49,683 bases of DNA from Candidatus Latescibacterota bacterium (GCA_029547385.1 JAKPPK010000074.1:1-49683), one strand, 5' to 3'; positions 9,771-20,271 are shown, counted from the stretch's first letter. The notes: generated by a model not told the origin, from the letters alone. Numbers and translations are program-made.

Positions 9771-10847
9771 TCAAGTCTTGCCTCGCGCGTACGCTGAATG
9801 GCCACGAGGAGCACGGCCCCCTGGTGGCACTGAAAGCTGGAGAATCAGCGCGTCGAGTCCCACCGATTTGTCGGCGAGCCACGAGCTTTTCATCGCGCTT
9901 TCGGCGGCCAGAGCAAGCCTCACTCCCCGTCGAATGCGGTCCCGCCCCAGCGCACGAGCGGAGTCCGTCAGCTTCTTGAGTACAAAATCCCGATTCTCCC
10001 CGATAAGTTCCTTCAACGGGATCTCATCCGGGTTCTGCTGCACGTCAGCAGCCGCCCGAAGCTGCATCCAGTGCTGCAGGATCAACCCGGCAATTGTGGC
10101 CGCCTGCATCGAGTGCTCCTGCAACCGATGTGCAATCTGAAGGGCCCGTTCAGAGTGGCCACCGTCGATCGCATCGTTCAACTGGTACACGGTGTCGGTG
10201 CGTGCGATTCCGGCTACTGCCTCAACATCCTCCGCACTGATAGTCTTCCTCGGCTGCACGAACAGCGTGAGCTTTTCGATTTCGTCGGCGGCGCGGAACA
10301 CGTTGGTTCCGACAAAGTCACTCAACAACTCCGCTGCATCGTCATCAAACGTGAACCCGCGCGATTTCGCGCGCTGTCGGATCCACGGGGTCACGTTTCG
10401 CGGAACGGCGAATGTGAAGACGGTGCAACGTTTCTTCAGAACTGAGGCCCACTTCGTCCGCTCATCAAGCTTTTCGCCGCTCATGACCAGAACAACTGCC
10501 GGCGGGAGGTTCTCAACGAGCAGCACGAGCTCGTTACCAAATGCGGCGTTTGCGCCTTCGATACCACGGACAATGACGACCCGGACCTCGGCAAGCACGG
10601 GATAGGAGCGCACGGAATTGACAACGGCTTCTGCCGTGCATTCAGCCTCTCCGACGTGAAAAACGTCGCAATTGAACGCCCGGGTTGCTTCGTCAGTGAA
10701 ATGGGCGACAACGCCGGCTACCGTCTCCTCGATATCTACTCCGTTGTCGCCAAGCAGCAGGTACGCGCCCGCGCCCTGACCGCAGATCGAATCGCGGACG
10801 TCGGCGGAGTCCGTAAGCGGAGCGTTGTATCGAGTTCTGGCCTGCAT
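9771..10847 (-). CDS. holA: DNA polymerase III subunit delta
   Basis: YLLLGD, AFNCDVF, RVVIVR, VGTNVFRAADEIEKLTLF..ISAEDVE..VYQLNDAI pattern; start uncertain (ORF open to 10886). Confidence 0.85.
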   Translation of the reverse strand: MQARTRYNAPLTDSADVRDSICGQGAGAYLLLGDNGVDIEETVAGVVAHFTDEATRAFNCDVFHVGEAECTAEAVVNSVRSYPVLAEVRVVIVRGIEGANAAFGNELVLLVENLPPAVVLVMSGEKLDERTKWASVLKKRCTVFTFAVPRNVTPWIRQRAKSRGFTFDDDAAELLSDFVGTNVFRAADEIEKLTLFVQPRKTISAEDVEAVAGIARTDTVYQLNDAIDGGHSERALQIAHRLQEHSMQAATIAGLILQHWMQLRAAADVQQNPDEIPLKELIGENRDFVLKKLTDSARALGRDRIRRGVRLALAAESAMKSSWLADKSVGLDALILQLSVPPGGRAPRGHSAYARGKT

Positions 10848-11037
10848 GGCTGGTCCCGTGCCGTGGCATTTGACGTTGATGATCACAAAAAATACGCAGT
10901 GACCTCGCGGCGAACCACGGTCGGAATGGACTACCGTTTGGGCGCCCGATCATTTTTCGTTAGGTATTCTGTGGCGATCTGTTGCAGTGCGATCAGCAAC
11001 ACAACCGTGAAACGATACGGTTGCGGGAGGTGGGAAA

Positions 11038-14000
11038 ATGAACGTGTTCATGCTTGCTGCTGTATTCTGCATGCTGTGTGGTGCTGCGGACGAAACGCGA
11101 GCCGCAGGCGGAGAGTGGCCGATGTATCGCCAGAACCCGCATCAGACCGGGCATACAAACGCGGTCAGTCGTATGCGGCAGGCACCGGTCCTTCGTTCAG
11201 AAACCTATCTGGGCGGCCCGGTTCCCGATCTTGCAGGATCTGACGAAACCGACAGTTCGTGGGTGTTTGATTTCGACGGCGACGGACGGCGAGAGCAATT
11301 GCTGTTCGGGACCCTGAGGATCCGCCGAATCGACGATGGCGCGCTGTTGTGGCAAGACAACACGACCGGGAAGACATTCTCGTCGGCACTGTCACAGGTT
11401 GCCGATTTCCTTCCTGATAGCTCCGGGCTTGAGGTGGTTGCCTTCACCGCGGACATGGGCACCGGTGAGGGGCGGGGATACATGTTCAGTTTCCACGGCG
11501 GGATCTCGAACGGCCGTCTTGCGTGGAGTACGCCGAATCTGGGCGACATGTACAGCCCGGAAGTCGTGGCGGGCGACTTCAACAATGATGGCAAGATGGA
11601 GATTTGCCTGGCTCCGCACTACAAAATTCAGGTCCTTGACGCGGCAACAGGTTTCACGCGGTACGTCGCTACCTGGGATGTCGGAAGGAATTACGGGCAC
11701 TTCGCGGCAGCAGATGTAGATGGAGACGGTATCAGAGATTTCGTGGTGATATCTGACTTCGCGACTCATCTGTCGGTAATCAAAAACGCCGGTTCCAGCG
11801 CATCCCTCCTGTGGAAGCACACCTATGCGCTCGTGGACGGTAGCGAACGTGACGTTATAGTCCTCCCCAATCCTCATTCCGTTGGTGATCTGGATGGCGA
11901 TGGCACGTGCGAAGTGACACTCAGCCTTTTCAACCGCCCGGTCCAGGACCTGAAGTGGCACGCAACTGCGTACCGAGGTGCGGACGGAACCGTCGCGATG
12001 AATATTCCTGATCGCTACATCTACGGCATTCGCGACGCAGATAACGACGGCATCAAAGAACTTTTCACGATCGAGTGCTTTGGTACCACTCCCCCGTTGT
12101 TCGGCAAGTTGCAGGTGTTCAACTGGACTGCTACCTCCGGAGCGCAGGCGCGTCTCACGGTGGAACACGCCACATTCGTGCGCACGCGAATCGGTGCCGA
12201 TACCACATGGAACACTATCGCCGCACATGGGGATGAGACGGTTCTCCTGAATGATCTCGATGGAGACGGTGTCGAAGAATTCCTGACACTGGAGGACACC
12301 GACGGAGATTTCAGGGGTGAAAGGTTGCGATCGTGGCAGGTTGCTGCGGCCGGAATCTCGCAGCGGATGGAGTACGTCTCCTCCGCGCCCATTGCGGTCG
12401 TAAGCGTTCATGGCTCCGGCGCGGAGTGCCGGATCGCCCTGCGAAACCTCAGCACCAATGCTCTTGTGACACTGGATGCCGCGGGGAATGTGCTGAGCGA
12501 GGACCCGAACGACAGGCCGAAAGGGTACCGGCCCACCCCCGTCGTAAGCGATCTCGATGGCGATGGGAGAAACGAGATCCTCGTTACGTCAGCGGGCGGG
12601 GACATCCTGTGCTATGACACAAGTGGCCCTGAACTCGCCATTCGGTGGCGCAGGCCCGGATACGCGATGATCGAAATGCCGGCCTACACGCTCGAACCAC
12701 TCAGTGTACTGACAGACGACCTCGACGGAGACGGCAAAAAGGAGGTCATTGCCCGAAACCGGACTCAACAGGGGTTCGCCTCCCTGATAGTGTACAACTA
12801 CGACGGAACAACTCGATGGGAGCACCCGTTCCCGGAGATCACCGACGGACAGGTGGAAGCCGCAATTGATAACTGGCTGAGTGGGTATTTCGTCGGCGAT
12901 GACAGAATCCGTGACATCGTGGTGCAACTCCACGCCAGGGCGCGCGGGTCTGGAGAACTCCTGGTTCTGAATGGAGCCACCGGTGCAGAAGTCTGGCGGA
13001 AAACACAGGTAACAACCGCCACAGGGGCCACCTCACTGACGATGGGTGGTTACATACCCGCCATACACGACGTGAACGGCGATGGAATCGACGACATCGT
13101 CCACATCGCGTACACGCTCCTTGCGGCGTACGACGGTCAGACAGGAAACCCGATATACCCGATAAAGAATCTCGCCTATGAGATCTTTCCCAAATGGGTT
13201 TCGTACGCAACTCCGACCGTGGCGGATTTCCGGGGAACAGGCCAGCACCAGATCTTCATGAACAGCCCTTCGTATGCTGCCGGTGCGGTCACGGTGATGG
13301 AGTTCGACGGCACGCCGCGATGGTGGTACCCCCTGGAGAACCCACAAGGGTTCCGGAGCTTCGGTGCCATAGGGGACGGAGACGGAGATGGCGTGAAGGA
13401 AATCGTCGTCGGCCATCTTGACGGAAGGGTAGTATGCTATCAGGGCACAGACGGCGCGATTGAATGGACTGAGAGCGTAACAGAAGGCGGCACATGGGAT
13501 TTCGTTGCCGCAGATATAGACGGTGACGGGCGCGACGAATTCATCACTGTTTTGCAGGGGAACACCCTGGTCGCGTACAATGGAACGAACGATGCGAGCG
13601 AGCCGCGTGTCCAGTGGAGCCTGCCGTTGGGGGCCGGGGGGAACAACCCTGTCGTTGCCGACGTGGACAACGATGGTATCGCAGAAATCCTTATCTGTGT
13701 GCGTAGCGGCCATATGCGCATTTACGAAGCACCCCCGCGCACCACAGGCCTTCTGAAAACGGAGCCTCACAACGGTGCGGTCAACGTGGAAAGAAACGCC
13801 CCGATTGAATTCGTGTTCGATGAGCTCATGGACTCCGCCTCCGTGGCTTCGTCTCTTTCTGTTGTGCCGGCGATCCCGTTTCATTGTCGGTGGGAGGCCA
13901 CGAGGCTGATCCTCGGTACGGATACCCCGATGGATTCGAACACGACGTATCGGGTTACCATTTGCGCTGCCGCGTGCAACCGGTGGGGGATGCCCCTGGG

Positions 14001-15021
14001 AGCAGACGCGTCACTGGAATTCACGACAGGGACAGAAGTCCGTTGCGCGCGGTTTCGCGGTATATGGCCGCACCACCGGTCAGTGGAGATGCAGGCCACC
14101 GATTTCATAAGGGTTGATTACTCCCGCGGAGTCGAGCCCGCAAGCGTGGCGGAGGCCGTACGCGTGGATCCGCCGGTGGCGGGCCGTTGGCAGCTTGGCG
14201 ATACGACTGCCAGTTTCATTCCGCTCAATTTCTGGAAGGCCGGAAGATACCGTCTGACAGTCTTTCCAACCGCGCACGATGGATCGGGGCAGAACTGGGA
14301 TGTAAACGGCGATGGCTCGGCCGGGGTGGGCGACACGCTGATCAGCGAGTTCGTCGTAGCTGGCGGTGTGGAGAAACGATACGTGTTCCGGAACCTGTCT
14401 GTCATCCTGAACGCCCAGCGGCCCGACTCGACGTTCATCATAACCATTCCCGACAGGCTCGATAGTTCGCTCGTGGGGAGGATCGAGCTCACACCCAGTT
14501 CCGTGGATTCCGCGGACGAGGTCTGGCTCAGGGTGAATGACGGCGACACCTTGAGACTCGCTGCGGATGCTGCCCGACCGTGGGCGTACCGGTTCGATGC
14601 GAGGTTGTTCGTCCGGGGTGAGAACAGGATTACCGTGGGCACCAATTCTTCTTCAAATGGCGTTCAGCTCATGAGATATGGTGTCTGGGTTTCCTTCACT
14701 CAGTTGCCTGTTGCCGTAGAACAATCGCAATCGGTTCTGCCGGTTCGATTTGAACTGGAACACCCGCGTCCAAACCCTGCGAACCCCGCCACAACAATAG
14801 GATGGGTGCAACCGGAGGCGTGTCTCGTGCATGTAGAGGTCTACGATGTTCTTGGCCGTCGGATTCGCATCCTCGCGGACCGCCACTTCTCCGCCGGACG
14901 GCACACGGTAGTCTGGGATGGACGAGACGACTCAGGACGGGCAGTGGGTTCCTCTGTCTATCTCGTGAAAGCGCGCGCCGGGAATGCCGCGCAATGCCAC
15001 AAAGTGGTCATCTCCCGCTAG
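11038..15021 (+). CDS. Large secreted FG-GAP/VCBS-repeat protein with Ig-like (Big_5-type) domains and FlgD/T9SS-like C-terminal domain
   Basis: Signal peptide; WPMYRQN N-terminal motif; about 14 Dx(D/N)(G/N)DG Ca-binding loops; PHNGAVNV..IEFVFDELMD Ig motif; HPRPNPANP...WDGRDDSGRAVGSSVYLVKA tail. Confidence 0.82.
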   Translation: MNVFMLAAVFCMLCGAADETRAAGGEWPMYRQNPHQTGHTNAVSRMRQAPVLRSETYLGGPVPDLAGSDETDSSWVFDFDGDGRREQLLFGTLRIRRIDDGALLWQDNTTGKTFSSALSQVADFLPDSSGLEVVAFTADMGTGEGRGYMFSFHGGISNGRLAWSTPNLGDMYSPEVVAGDFNNDGKMEICLAPHYKIQVLDAATGFTRYVATWDVGRNYGHFAAADVDGDGIRDFVVISDFATHLSVIKNAGSSASLLWKHTYALVDGSERDVIVLPNPHSVGDLDGDGTCEVTLSLFNRPVQDLKWHATAYRGADGTVAMNIPDRYIYGIRDADNDGIKELFTIECFGTTPPLFGKLQVFNWTATSGAQARLTVEHATFVRTRIGADTTWNTIAAHGDETVLLNDLDGDGVEEFLTLEDTDGDFRGERLRSWQVAAAGISQRMEYVSSAPIAVVSVHGSGAECRIALRNLSTNALVTLDAAGNVLSEDPNDRPKGYRPTPVVSDLDGDGRNEILVTSAGGDILCYDTSGPELAIRWRRPGYAMIEMPAYTLEPLSVLTDDLDGDGKKEVIARNRTQQGFASLIVYNYDGTTRWEHPFPEITDGQVEAAIDNWLSGYFVGDDRIRDIVVQLHARARGSGELLVLNGATGAEVWRKTQVTTATGATSLTMGGYIPAIHDVNGDGIDDIVHIAYTLLAAYDGQTGNPIYPIKNLAYEIFPKWVSYATPTVADFRGTGQHQIFMNSPSYAAGAVTVMEFDGTPRWWYPLENPQGFRSFGAIGDGDGDGVKEIVVGHLDGRVVCYQGTDGAIEWTESVTEGGTWDFVAADIDGDGRDEFITVLQGNTLVAYNGTNDASEPRVQWSLPLGAGGNNPVVADVDNDGIAEILICVRSGHMRIYEAPPRTTGLLKTEPHNGAVNVERNAPIEFVFDELMDSASVASSLSVVPAIPFHCRWEATRLILGTDTPMDSNTTYRVTICAAACNRWGMPLGADASLEFTTGTEVRCARFRGIWPHHRSVEMQATDFIRVDYSRGVEPASVAEAVRVDPPVAGRWQLGDTTASFIPLNFWKAGRYRLTVFPTAHDGSGQNWDVNGDGSAGVGDTLISEFVVAGGVEKRYVFRNLSVILNAQRPDSTFIITIPDRLDSSLVGRIELTPSSVDSADEVWLRVNDGDTLRLAADAARPWAYRFDARLFVRGENRITVGTNSSSNGVQLMRYGVWVSFTQLPVAVEQSQSVLPVRFELEHPRPNPANPATTIGWVQPEACLVHVEVYDVLGRRIRILADRHFSAGRHTVVWDGRDDSGRAVGSSVYLVKARAGNAAQCHKVVISR

Positions 15022-15101
15022 AAGCCTTCAAGGTGTCCATCATCTCTCTCCCAGACAACATCGTCTGAATGCCTGACGGGGAACCGACGAGTCGCGAGAT
15101 T

Positions 15102-15129
15102 TTGACGAGCGTCAGGAACGAGATACATT
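15102..15129 (+). promoter_or_regulatory. Putative sigma70-type promoter
   Basis: TTGACG-N16-TACATT upstream of AAGGAG RBS and ATG 15186. Confidence 0.4.
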
Positions 15130-15185
15130 TGGGGTAATCAGGGGTTTGGCCGCGGACAGAATCCAGTAACCTGAAGGAGCGCATT

Positions 15186-17540
15186 ATGAACACCAACCGG
15201 GCGCGATCCGGGATGCTCTTGTTCGCCCTTGCAGTCGCGCTGTCGGGATGCGACGTCCCGAAAACGCTCACCCCTTCGGTGGAGCTTTCCACGAGCGTAC
15301 CGCTCATGGACGAGCGCATCGAAATTGGCGAAGAGGTCGCCAAGGTTGATTCGGTGCAAACCGTTGGCTCGAACCCTGCCCGGTTCGTCATCAGCTTGAA
15401 CCGCGACCGGGTGGATCTGACTGACGGTGGCCGCATCGGAAGTGATCAGTTGCGGGTTGATGACCAGACGCCGCAGTCCATAACGGCCGAAATGGGGCTG
15501 ATCAGCGTTGCGGATGTCCCGCCGACAACCACCCCGCCGGTAGTGCTGGCGGATTTGGTCCCGGATATTGCGTCGATGCCCCCGGGCAACGTCCCCCTTG
15601 CCATCCCGGCTTATCATCTTCCAACAGTAAAAAGGGCGGTGGATTTTTCGAATTTCCAGCAGGCCACTTTCTCCAGTTCGTCTGACCAGACGCTCAACCG
15701 AGTGGTGATTTCGCTTGCCAACGACGGGCCTTTGCCCATGGGGCCTGTAACCATCTACGTGAGCACGTCTGGCGACACAATGGTTACCTCCGATGGGTCC
15801 TTCGGAACCATCAAAGACGCGATTGCGCAGGCCGATTTTCCAGTCATCCAACCAGGGGATTCCGTCTCCTCGACTCCGCTCGACCTTTCTGGAGCAACGC
15901 TTCGCAGTCCGGCTCATGTCTTTACACGAGCCCAGACGCAGGCTGGCACCGCGACGGGCAACCAGATGCTTGCCGCGTCGTTTACGGTTACCGTGGACAT
16001 TTCTGCGCTGGAGGTGGAATCGGCCCGCGCGAAAATACCCCGGCAAACTTTTTCACGCTCGCGAGAAGTGAATTTTGCCAGCGACAGGATTCAGATTTAC
16101 TCGGTGAAGCTTGCCCGTTCTGTCGTTGCCGACACCAACCGCTTCACTTTGAACATCGTGAATAACCTCAACACTCCCCTGGAAGTGTCCTACGATCTGC
16201 CCGATTTTACCATCCCGCGCACGCCGGTTACCGGAGCGCAGCATCTTCAGAATGTGAGCGTCGGCTCCGGGGGTGCCTCGGATTACGCTCGAGCAATGAT
16301 CGCGCTCGGCGCACGCGAAACCAAAACTGTCGTGTTCGATCTCAGTGACGCGGTCATCGAGAACCCGACTGCGCCAAAAACGCCTATCGACCGTGTTCGC
16401 GTGAACCTCACCACCACAGTGCTCGGCACGGGGGACACCTTTGTAGACATCGTTTCCACGGACTACGTGCAGGTAGGTGCCGATATGAGCGCGTTGGCGG
16501 TGCAACGTGTGGAAGGGAATGTCGCGCCCTCGCAACCTCCAATCAACGTCACGATCCAGCCGGTCGATTTCGACGTAACCCAAAATCTGCCTGCCGGGTT
16601 GACAGGTCTGGCGGCCGAGGAGATCACTGTAGAACTCGACGTAACCGCGTACGAAACGCAGGTGGATGCCGACATCGGGTTGGTGTTGACCGTGGCAAAC
16701 CCTGCGGGCGGAGCACCCGCGGCGCAGTATACCAAAACGTTTTCGCAGCAGTTTCGACCCGGAGTGAACCGCCACATCCGTGTGACGCAGGACAGTCTTG
16801 ACGCGTTTGGCAACTCCCCGGTTGATATCATTAATGCCGCCCTCAACAATCTGTTTGCCAGCGGCCAGACCAAAGTCGAGGTCTCAGGAAATGTGAATAT
16901 TCGCGGCGAAATAGTACTGGTCCGAGATTCCAGTCGCGTAGACGTTAAGGACGTACGTGTCGAATCCCCCCTCAAATTCACGGTTCCTCAACTCACCTTC
17001 GATGCAAAAGCGGAGACCGAGGAAGGGTTTGAAATCGACATAGACGAATCTGTGCGAAACGATCTGGTTCCTCGCGCCCGGAGCGCGACCCTCGTGGCGG
17101 ACGTGGAGAACCATTTCCCTATGGGGGCCACCCTCGTCGTGTTCGCAAGTCCTGACCCTCTGTTCTCAACCCTGAGGGCCTTGTACCCGGCAAGCGCGAA
17201 AACTCCGGTGGCACAAATTCCTGACACACTCAGGATTCCGCAGGGTGGACCTGTTACGGGGGAAGCCGACGCCATAGCCAGAAAGGCCGTGTTCAAGCTC
17301 TTTACCGTCAGCCTCCCGAACCCGCAACGCTTGAGTGACGGGAGGGTAGACCACGCCAATCCCGGCCGGGCGACGGTGGAGGTTCGGCTCGACGACCAGT
17401 TGCAGTTGTTCTCCTACGAAAAACTTTATCTGATGCCGCGTATCCAGCTTCTCGATGCACCGGGTCTCGTTCAGTTGTCTCCTTCTGATTATGTGAAGGT
17501 TGCAATCTGGATGCAGATCGCCGGCGCGACCAAGAGGTAA
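15186..17540 (+). CDS. Large beta-rich lipoprotein of unknown function
   Basis: Lipobox LSGC; 784 aa rich in V/T/D alternating strands; good RBS. Confidence 0.72.
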   Translation: MNTNRARSGMLLFALAVALSGCDVPKTLTPSVELSTSVPLMDERIEIGEEVAKVDSVQTVGSNPARFVISLNRDRVDLTDGGRIGSDQLRVDDQTPQSITAEMGLISVADVPPTTTPPVVLADLVPDIASMPPGNVPLAIPAYHLPTVKRAVDFSNFQQATFSSSSDQTLNRVVISLANDGPLPMGPVTIYVSTSGDTMVTSDGSFGTIKDAIAQADFPVIQPGDSVSSTPLDLSGATLRSPAHVFTRAQTQAGTATGNQMLAASFTVTVDISALEVESARAKIPRQTFSRSREVNFASDRIQIYSVKLARSVVADTNRFTLNIVNNLNTPLEVSYDLPDFTIPRTPVTGAQHLQNVSVGSGGASDYARAMIALGARETKTVVFDLSDAVIENPTAPKTPIDRVRVNLTTTVLGTGDTFVDIVSTDYVQVGADMSALAVQRVEGNVAPSQPPINVTIQPVDFDVTQNLPAGLTGLAAEEITVELDVTAYETQVDADIGLVLTVANPAGGAPAAQYTKTFSQQFRPGVNRHIRVTQDSLDAFGNSPVDIINAALNNLFASGQTKVEVSGNVNIRGEIVLVRDSSRVDVKDVRVESPLKFTVPQLTFDAKAETEEGFEIDIDESVRNDLVPRARSATLVADVENHFPMGATLVVFASPDPLFSTLRALYPASAKTPVAQIPDTLRIPQGGPVTGEADAIARKAVFKLFTVSLPNPQRLSDGRVDHANPGRATVEVRLDDQLQLFSYEKLYLMPRIQLLDAPGLVQLSPSDYVKVAIWMQIAGATKR

Positions 17541-17545
17541 CGCCC

Positions 17546-19003
17546 ATGGATTGCAGGAAAGGCGCGTATTCGTGTGCTGGCTTTTTGCTGACGGCACTGT
17601 CGATCGCGGTGCTGCCACGGTGCTCCAGCGCGGCCACCATGTCCTTCGGGCAAGCCCGCGCAACCGCCATGGGGGGCGCGTACACGGCAGTTGCCTCGGG
17701 CGTTCATGCGCCCGCGTGGAATCCGGCCAACCTCGCATTCTTCGCCGCGCCGTCAGCCGAAATCAGCCTGGGGAACCTGGGCTTCTTCGCGGCGAATGAC
17801 GGTTTCTCGTACGGTGATTTTGTCGGTTGGCTGGATGACGAAGTGCTCACCACGGCGGAAATCCAGTCGGCCCTCGGGATGTTTCCTGGCGGCGCCATCA
17901 GCATCCGGCAGACGATGAATGTGGGGATACCATTTTCCGTGAGGGTGAAACAGTTTGCCGTCACTGGCGAGTTCATGGAATTCGTGTCCGTCGGTCTGCC
18001 TCGAGGGTTGTTTGACGCGATTGCTGAGGACCGCGACGCCACGACTGCGTACAACGACGCCCGTACTTCCGGCATTCCGTATTCGTTGTCGGGGATAGTC
18101 GGTGACGTGTGGGCCGTCGGTGTAACAAAGTTTTCCTACGCGCGCCGTGTGCCGCTGCGTTACGCCGACGCGTTCTCCGTCGGCGCGACGCTGAACTACT
18201 ACCGTGCGTCTCCCCGGGTCCGCGTGGTGGAATCAGTTGGCGAGGTGCTTGTCCGTCCGAACACTTGGCAGACGGATGCGCGGCTGGTGGTGGAAACAGG
18301 AGGGCTTTCTGTAAAACGGACCACGGACGCGTTCGGCGACAAGCAAACGGACGTTGAGTTCGAAGCGGCAAACGCCTGGGGGCTCGGTTGTACGCTTGGC
18401 GCTGCGGGGAAACTGGACGACAAAACCGCAATCAGCGCGGCGTTGCACAATCTTCCGCTGCGTTCCATTACCTGGAACATGGCGGAGCGGCGAACCTACA
18501 CGCTGGATAGCGGATCGCGGATCATCAATGCAAAATCGCTCATCGACGACAAACCCGAAGGGGTAAACACGCTCGATTACCTCGATACGCTGTTTGCCGC
18601 GCCGGGAAGCACCGTCGAACGGTACGAACGGATCAATTCCATGAAAGCGAACGTACCGGCTTATCTGCGCGTGGGTATGGCGCGGTCGGTGGACCTGTTC
18701 CCCGCGATCTGGACGGTTGATTTCGAGCAGGGCTTCTCCAGAAGCGCCCTGACCAGCACCACTCCGCGGATAGCCGCCGGAATAGAATACTTGCCCGTCG
18801 GTCCGTGGATCCCGTTGCGCGCAGGAATGTCACTGGGAGGCCGATCGGGCCATTTCGCGTCCCTTGGAATGGGCTTCCATCTGCGATGGTTCCACTGGGA
18901 TCTCGCGCTTGCCAACGAAGGCGCGTACACCCCGTTTGAGGTACCCTTCTCCAAACGGGCGCGGGGACTCGGTTTCGCGAGCGAAATGAAACTGGCCTTC
19001 TGA
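17546..19003 (+). CDS. Outer-membrane beta-barrel, FadL/PorV/DUF5723-like
   Basis: ARATAMGGAYTAVASGVHAPAWNPANLA plug motif; IPLRAGMSLGG; amphipathic strands; terminal MKLAF. Confidence 0.75.
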   Translation: MDCRKGAYSCAGFLLTALSIAVLPRCSSAATMSFGQARATAMGGAYTAVASGVHAPAWNPANLAFFAAPSAEISLGNLGFFAANDGFSYGDFVGWLDDEVLTTAEIQSALGMFPGGAISIRQTMNVGIPFSVRVKQFAVTGEFMEFVSVGLPRGLFDAIAEDRDATTAYNDARTSGIPYSLSGIVGDVWAVGVTKFSYARRVPLRYADAFSVGATLNYYRASPRVRVVESVGEVLVRPNTWQTDARLVVETGGLSVKRTTDAFGDKQTDVEFEAANAWGLGCTLGAAGKLDDKTAISAALHNLPLRSITWNMAERRTYTLDSGSRIINAKSLIDDKPEGVNTLDYLDTLFAAPGSTVERYERINSMKANVPAYLRVGMARSVDLFPAIWTVDFEQGFSRSALTSTTPRIAAGIEYLPVGPWIPLRAGMSLGGRSGHFASLGMGFHLRWFHWDLALANEGAYTPFEVPFSKRARGLGFASEMKLAF

Positions 19004-19026
19004 TACGGGGCGCTGCCAGGGCACCC

Positions 19027-20271
19027 TCAGCGTGGAGCCTGGGTGCCCTGAGATGCTCCGTGTTCCATCGCGCGGATACAACGCTCCGCACCGCGCACAT
19101 CTTGTACACCCATGAAACCGACCTCTTCCTCGGCGAGCTGAACCTCGGGACCCGGCCCTTTGGCGCCGCGTTTCGCTTTCTCCAGACGCAGGCGTCTCTG
19201 CAACACGAGATCTCCGGAACCATCCGGTCGCTGCCTTCGGTAGTGGTCACGAACGTCGCCCGCGGAAAACGTGCGTACAACCGCGGACGAGGAGCCTGCC
19301 TCGAGGATGTAGGCATTTCGGTTGCTCACCGCGTACACCGTTCTTCGCAATCTCCTGTATTCCCGAACGGGAAGGAGACCCAAGCCGAACGCAGCGATGG
19401 CAAAACCGACGCCGAAGACCCGCACGACCACGGGGTAATTCGAAAGGAATACGCCAGACTGCGCGAAGATTTCCGGGGCGAAGGCCACGGCAATCCCCAC
19501 TGCGGCAAGCGCTCCCCCGAGCACCATCAAGGGAGACCATCTGATGAGAACCGGCGACGCAGCAGGGGTCCCGGTCCACAACACCTTCTCGCCGGTGGCG
19601 ATGGCGTTTCGAATCGCGTCGCTTCCCACACGGGAAAGGGAGGCGGCTCGCAGGTCAACTTCCTCGCACGGCGCCGCTCTGCCCTGCGCCGGTCGTGTTG
19701 AGACCTGCGTGATAAGCGCGTTGACATGCTCCACATCCCTGATTCCGCGAAATCCCCGGCGCGCGAGAGCTGCGGGCGCTTGCCTGCGGTTGAACTGCCC
19801 GGTTTTCCTCGACGGCAGGAACACATGCGCCGGGAACAAAATGTCGCCAAGCCCATCCCTGCCAGCATTCGCCTCCGCCTCCGCCAGAAGACCGGCGTCG
19901 AACGACTGGACGCGCATGCTTCGCTCCTGGTCAAACACGATTGCCCGCCTGTCCGTGAGAACACAGATTGAGTTCCCCGCCCTGTGCCGTCGCCGAAACG
20001 GGGTACCCATCCACCACACGGCCGTGCAGGTCGCGGGTACGCCTGCCACGACGAGAAACACCAGCAGCGCAAGATCGTGGGTCGCAGACAGGAGGAAATA
20101 CGTCAGGAGGGCAGAAAAACCGAACAAGACGACCGAACCGGCGACGAAATAGGCAAGGCCCGACCGGAACGCGGTCTCCGGAGAAGGAGCCCCCGACCAG
20201 AGAACGACCTCGCCCGGATCAAGCTCACGGCGAACGAGCTCTTCAGGCGAACTGCGATCCCCCTCCGCCAC
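19027..20271 (-). CDS. Membrane protein with two tandem copies of a 2-TM + PH-like module
   Basis: Repeated GE.VLW.G.P / TM-TM / (T/S).R.A / DG.GD(I/L) / GF.G(I/V).DV motifs; GTG start at 20271 chosen after a purine-rich RBS. Confidence 0.7.
   Translation of the reverse strand: MAEGDRSSPEELVRRELDPGEVVLWSGAPSPETAFRSGLAYFVAGSVVLFGFSALLTYFLLSATHDLALLVFLVVAGVPATCTAVWWMGTPFRRRHRAGNSICVLTDRRAIVFDQERSMRVQSFDAGLLAEAEANAGRDGLGDILFPAHVFLPSRKTGQFNRRQAPAALARRGFRGIRDVEHVNALITQVSTRPAQGRAAPCEEVDLRAASLSRVGSDAIRNAIATGEKVLWTGTPAASPVLIRWSPLMVLGGALAAVGIAVAFAPEIFAQSGVFLSNYPVVVRVFGVGFAIAAFGLGLLPVREYRRLRRTVYAVSNRNAYILEAGSSSAVVRTFSAGDVRDHYRRQRPDGSGDLVLQRRLRLEKAKRGAKGPGPEVQLAEEEVGFMGVQDVRGAERCIRAMEHGASQGTQAPR

Noticed and set aside
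11038-13740. Recurring gacggcgacgg/gatggcgatgg DNA motifs as a repeat array
   Set aside because: They encode DxDGDG protein loops, are degenerate and irregularly spaced; not a CRISPR or tandem array
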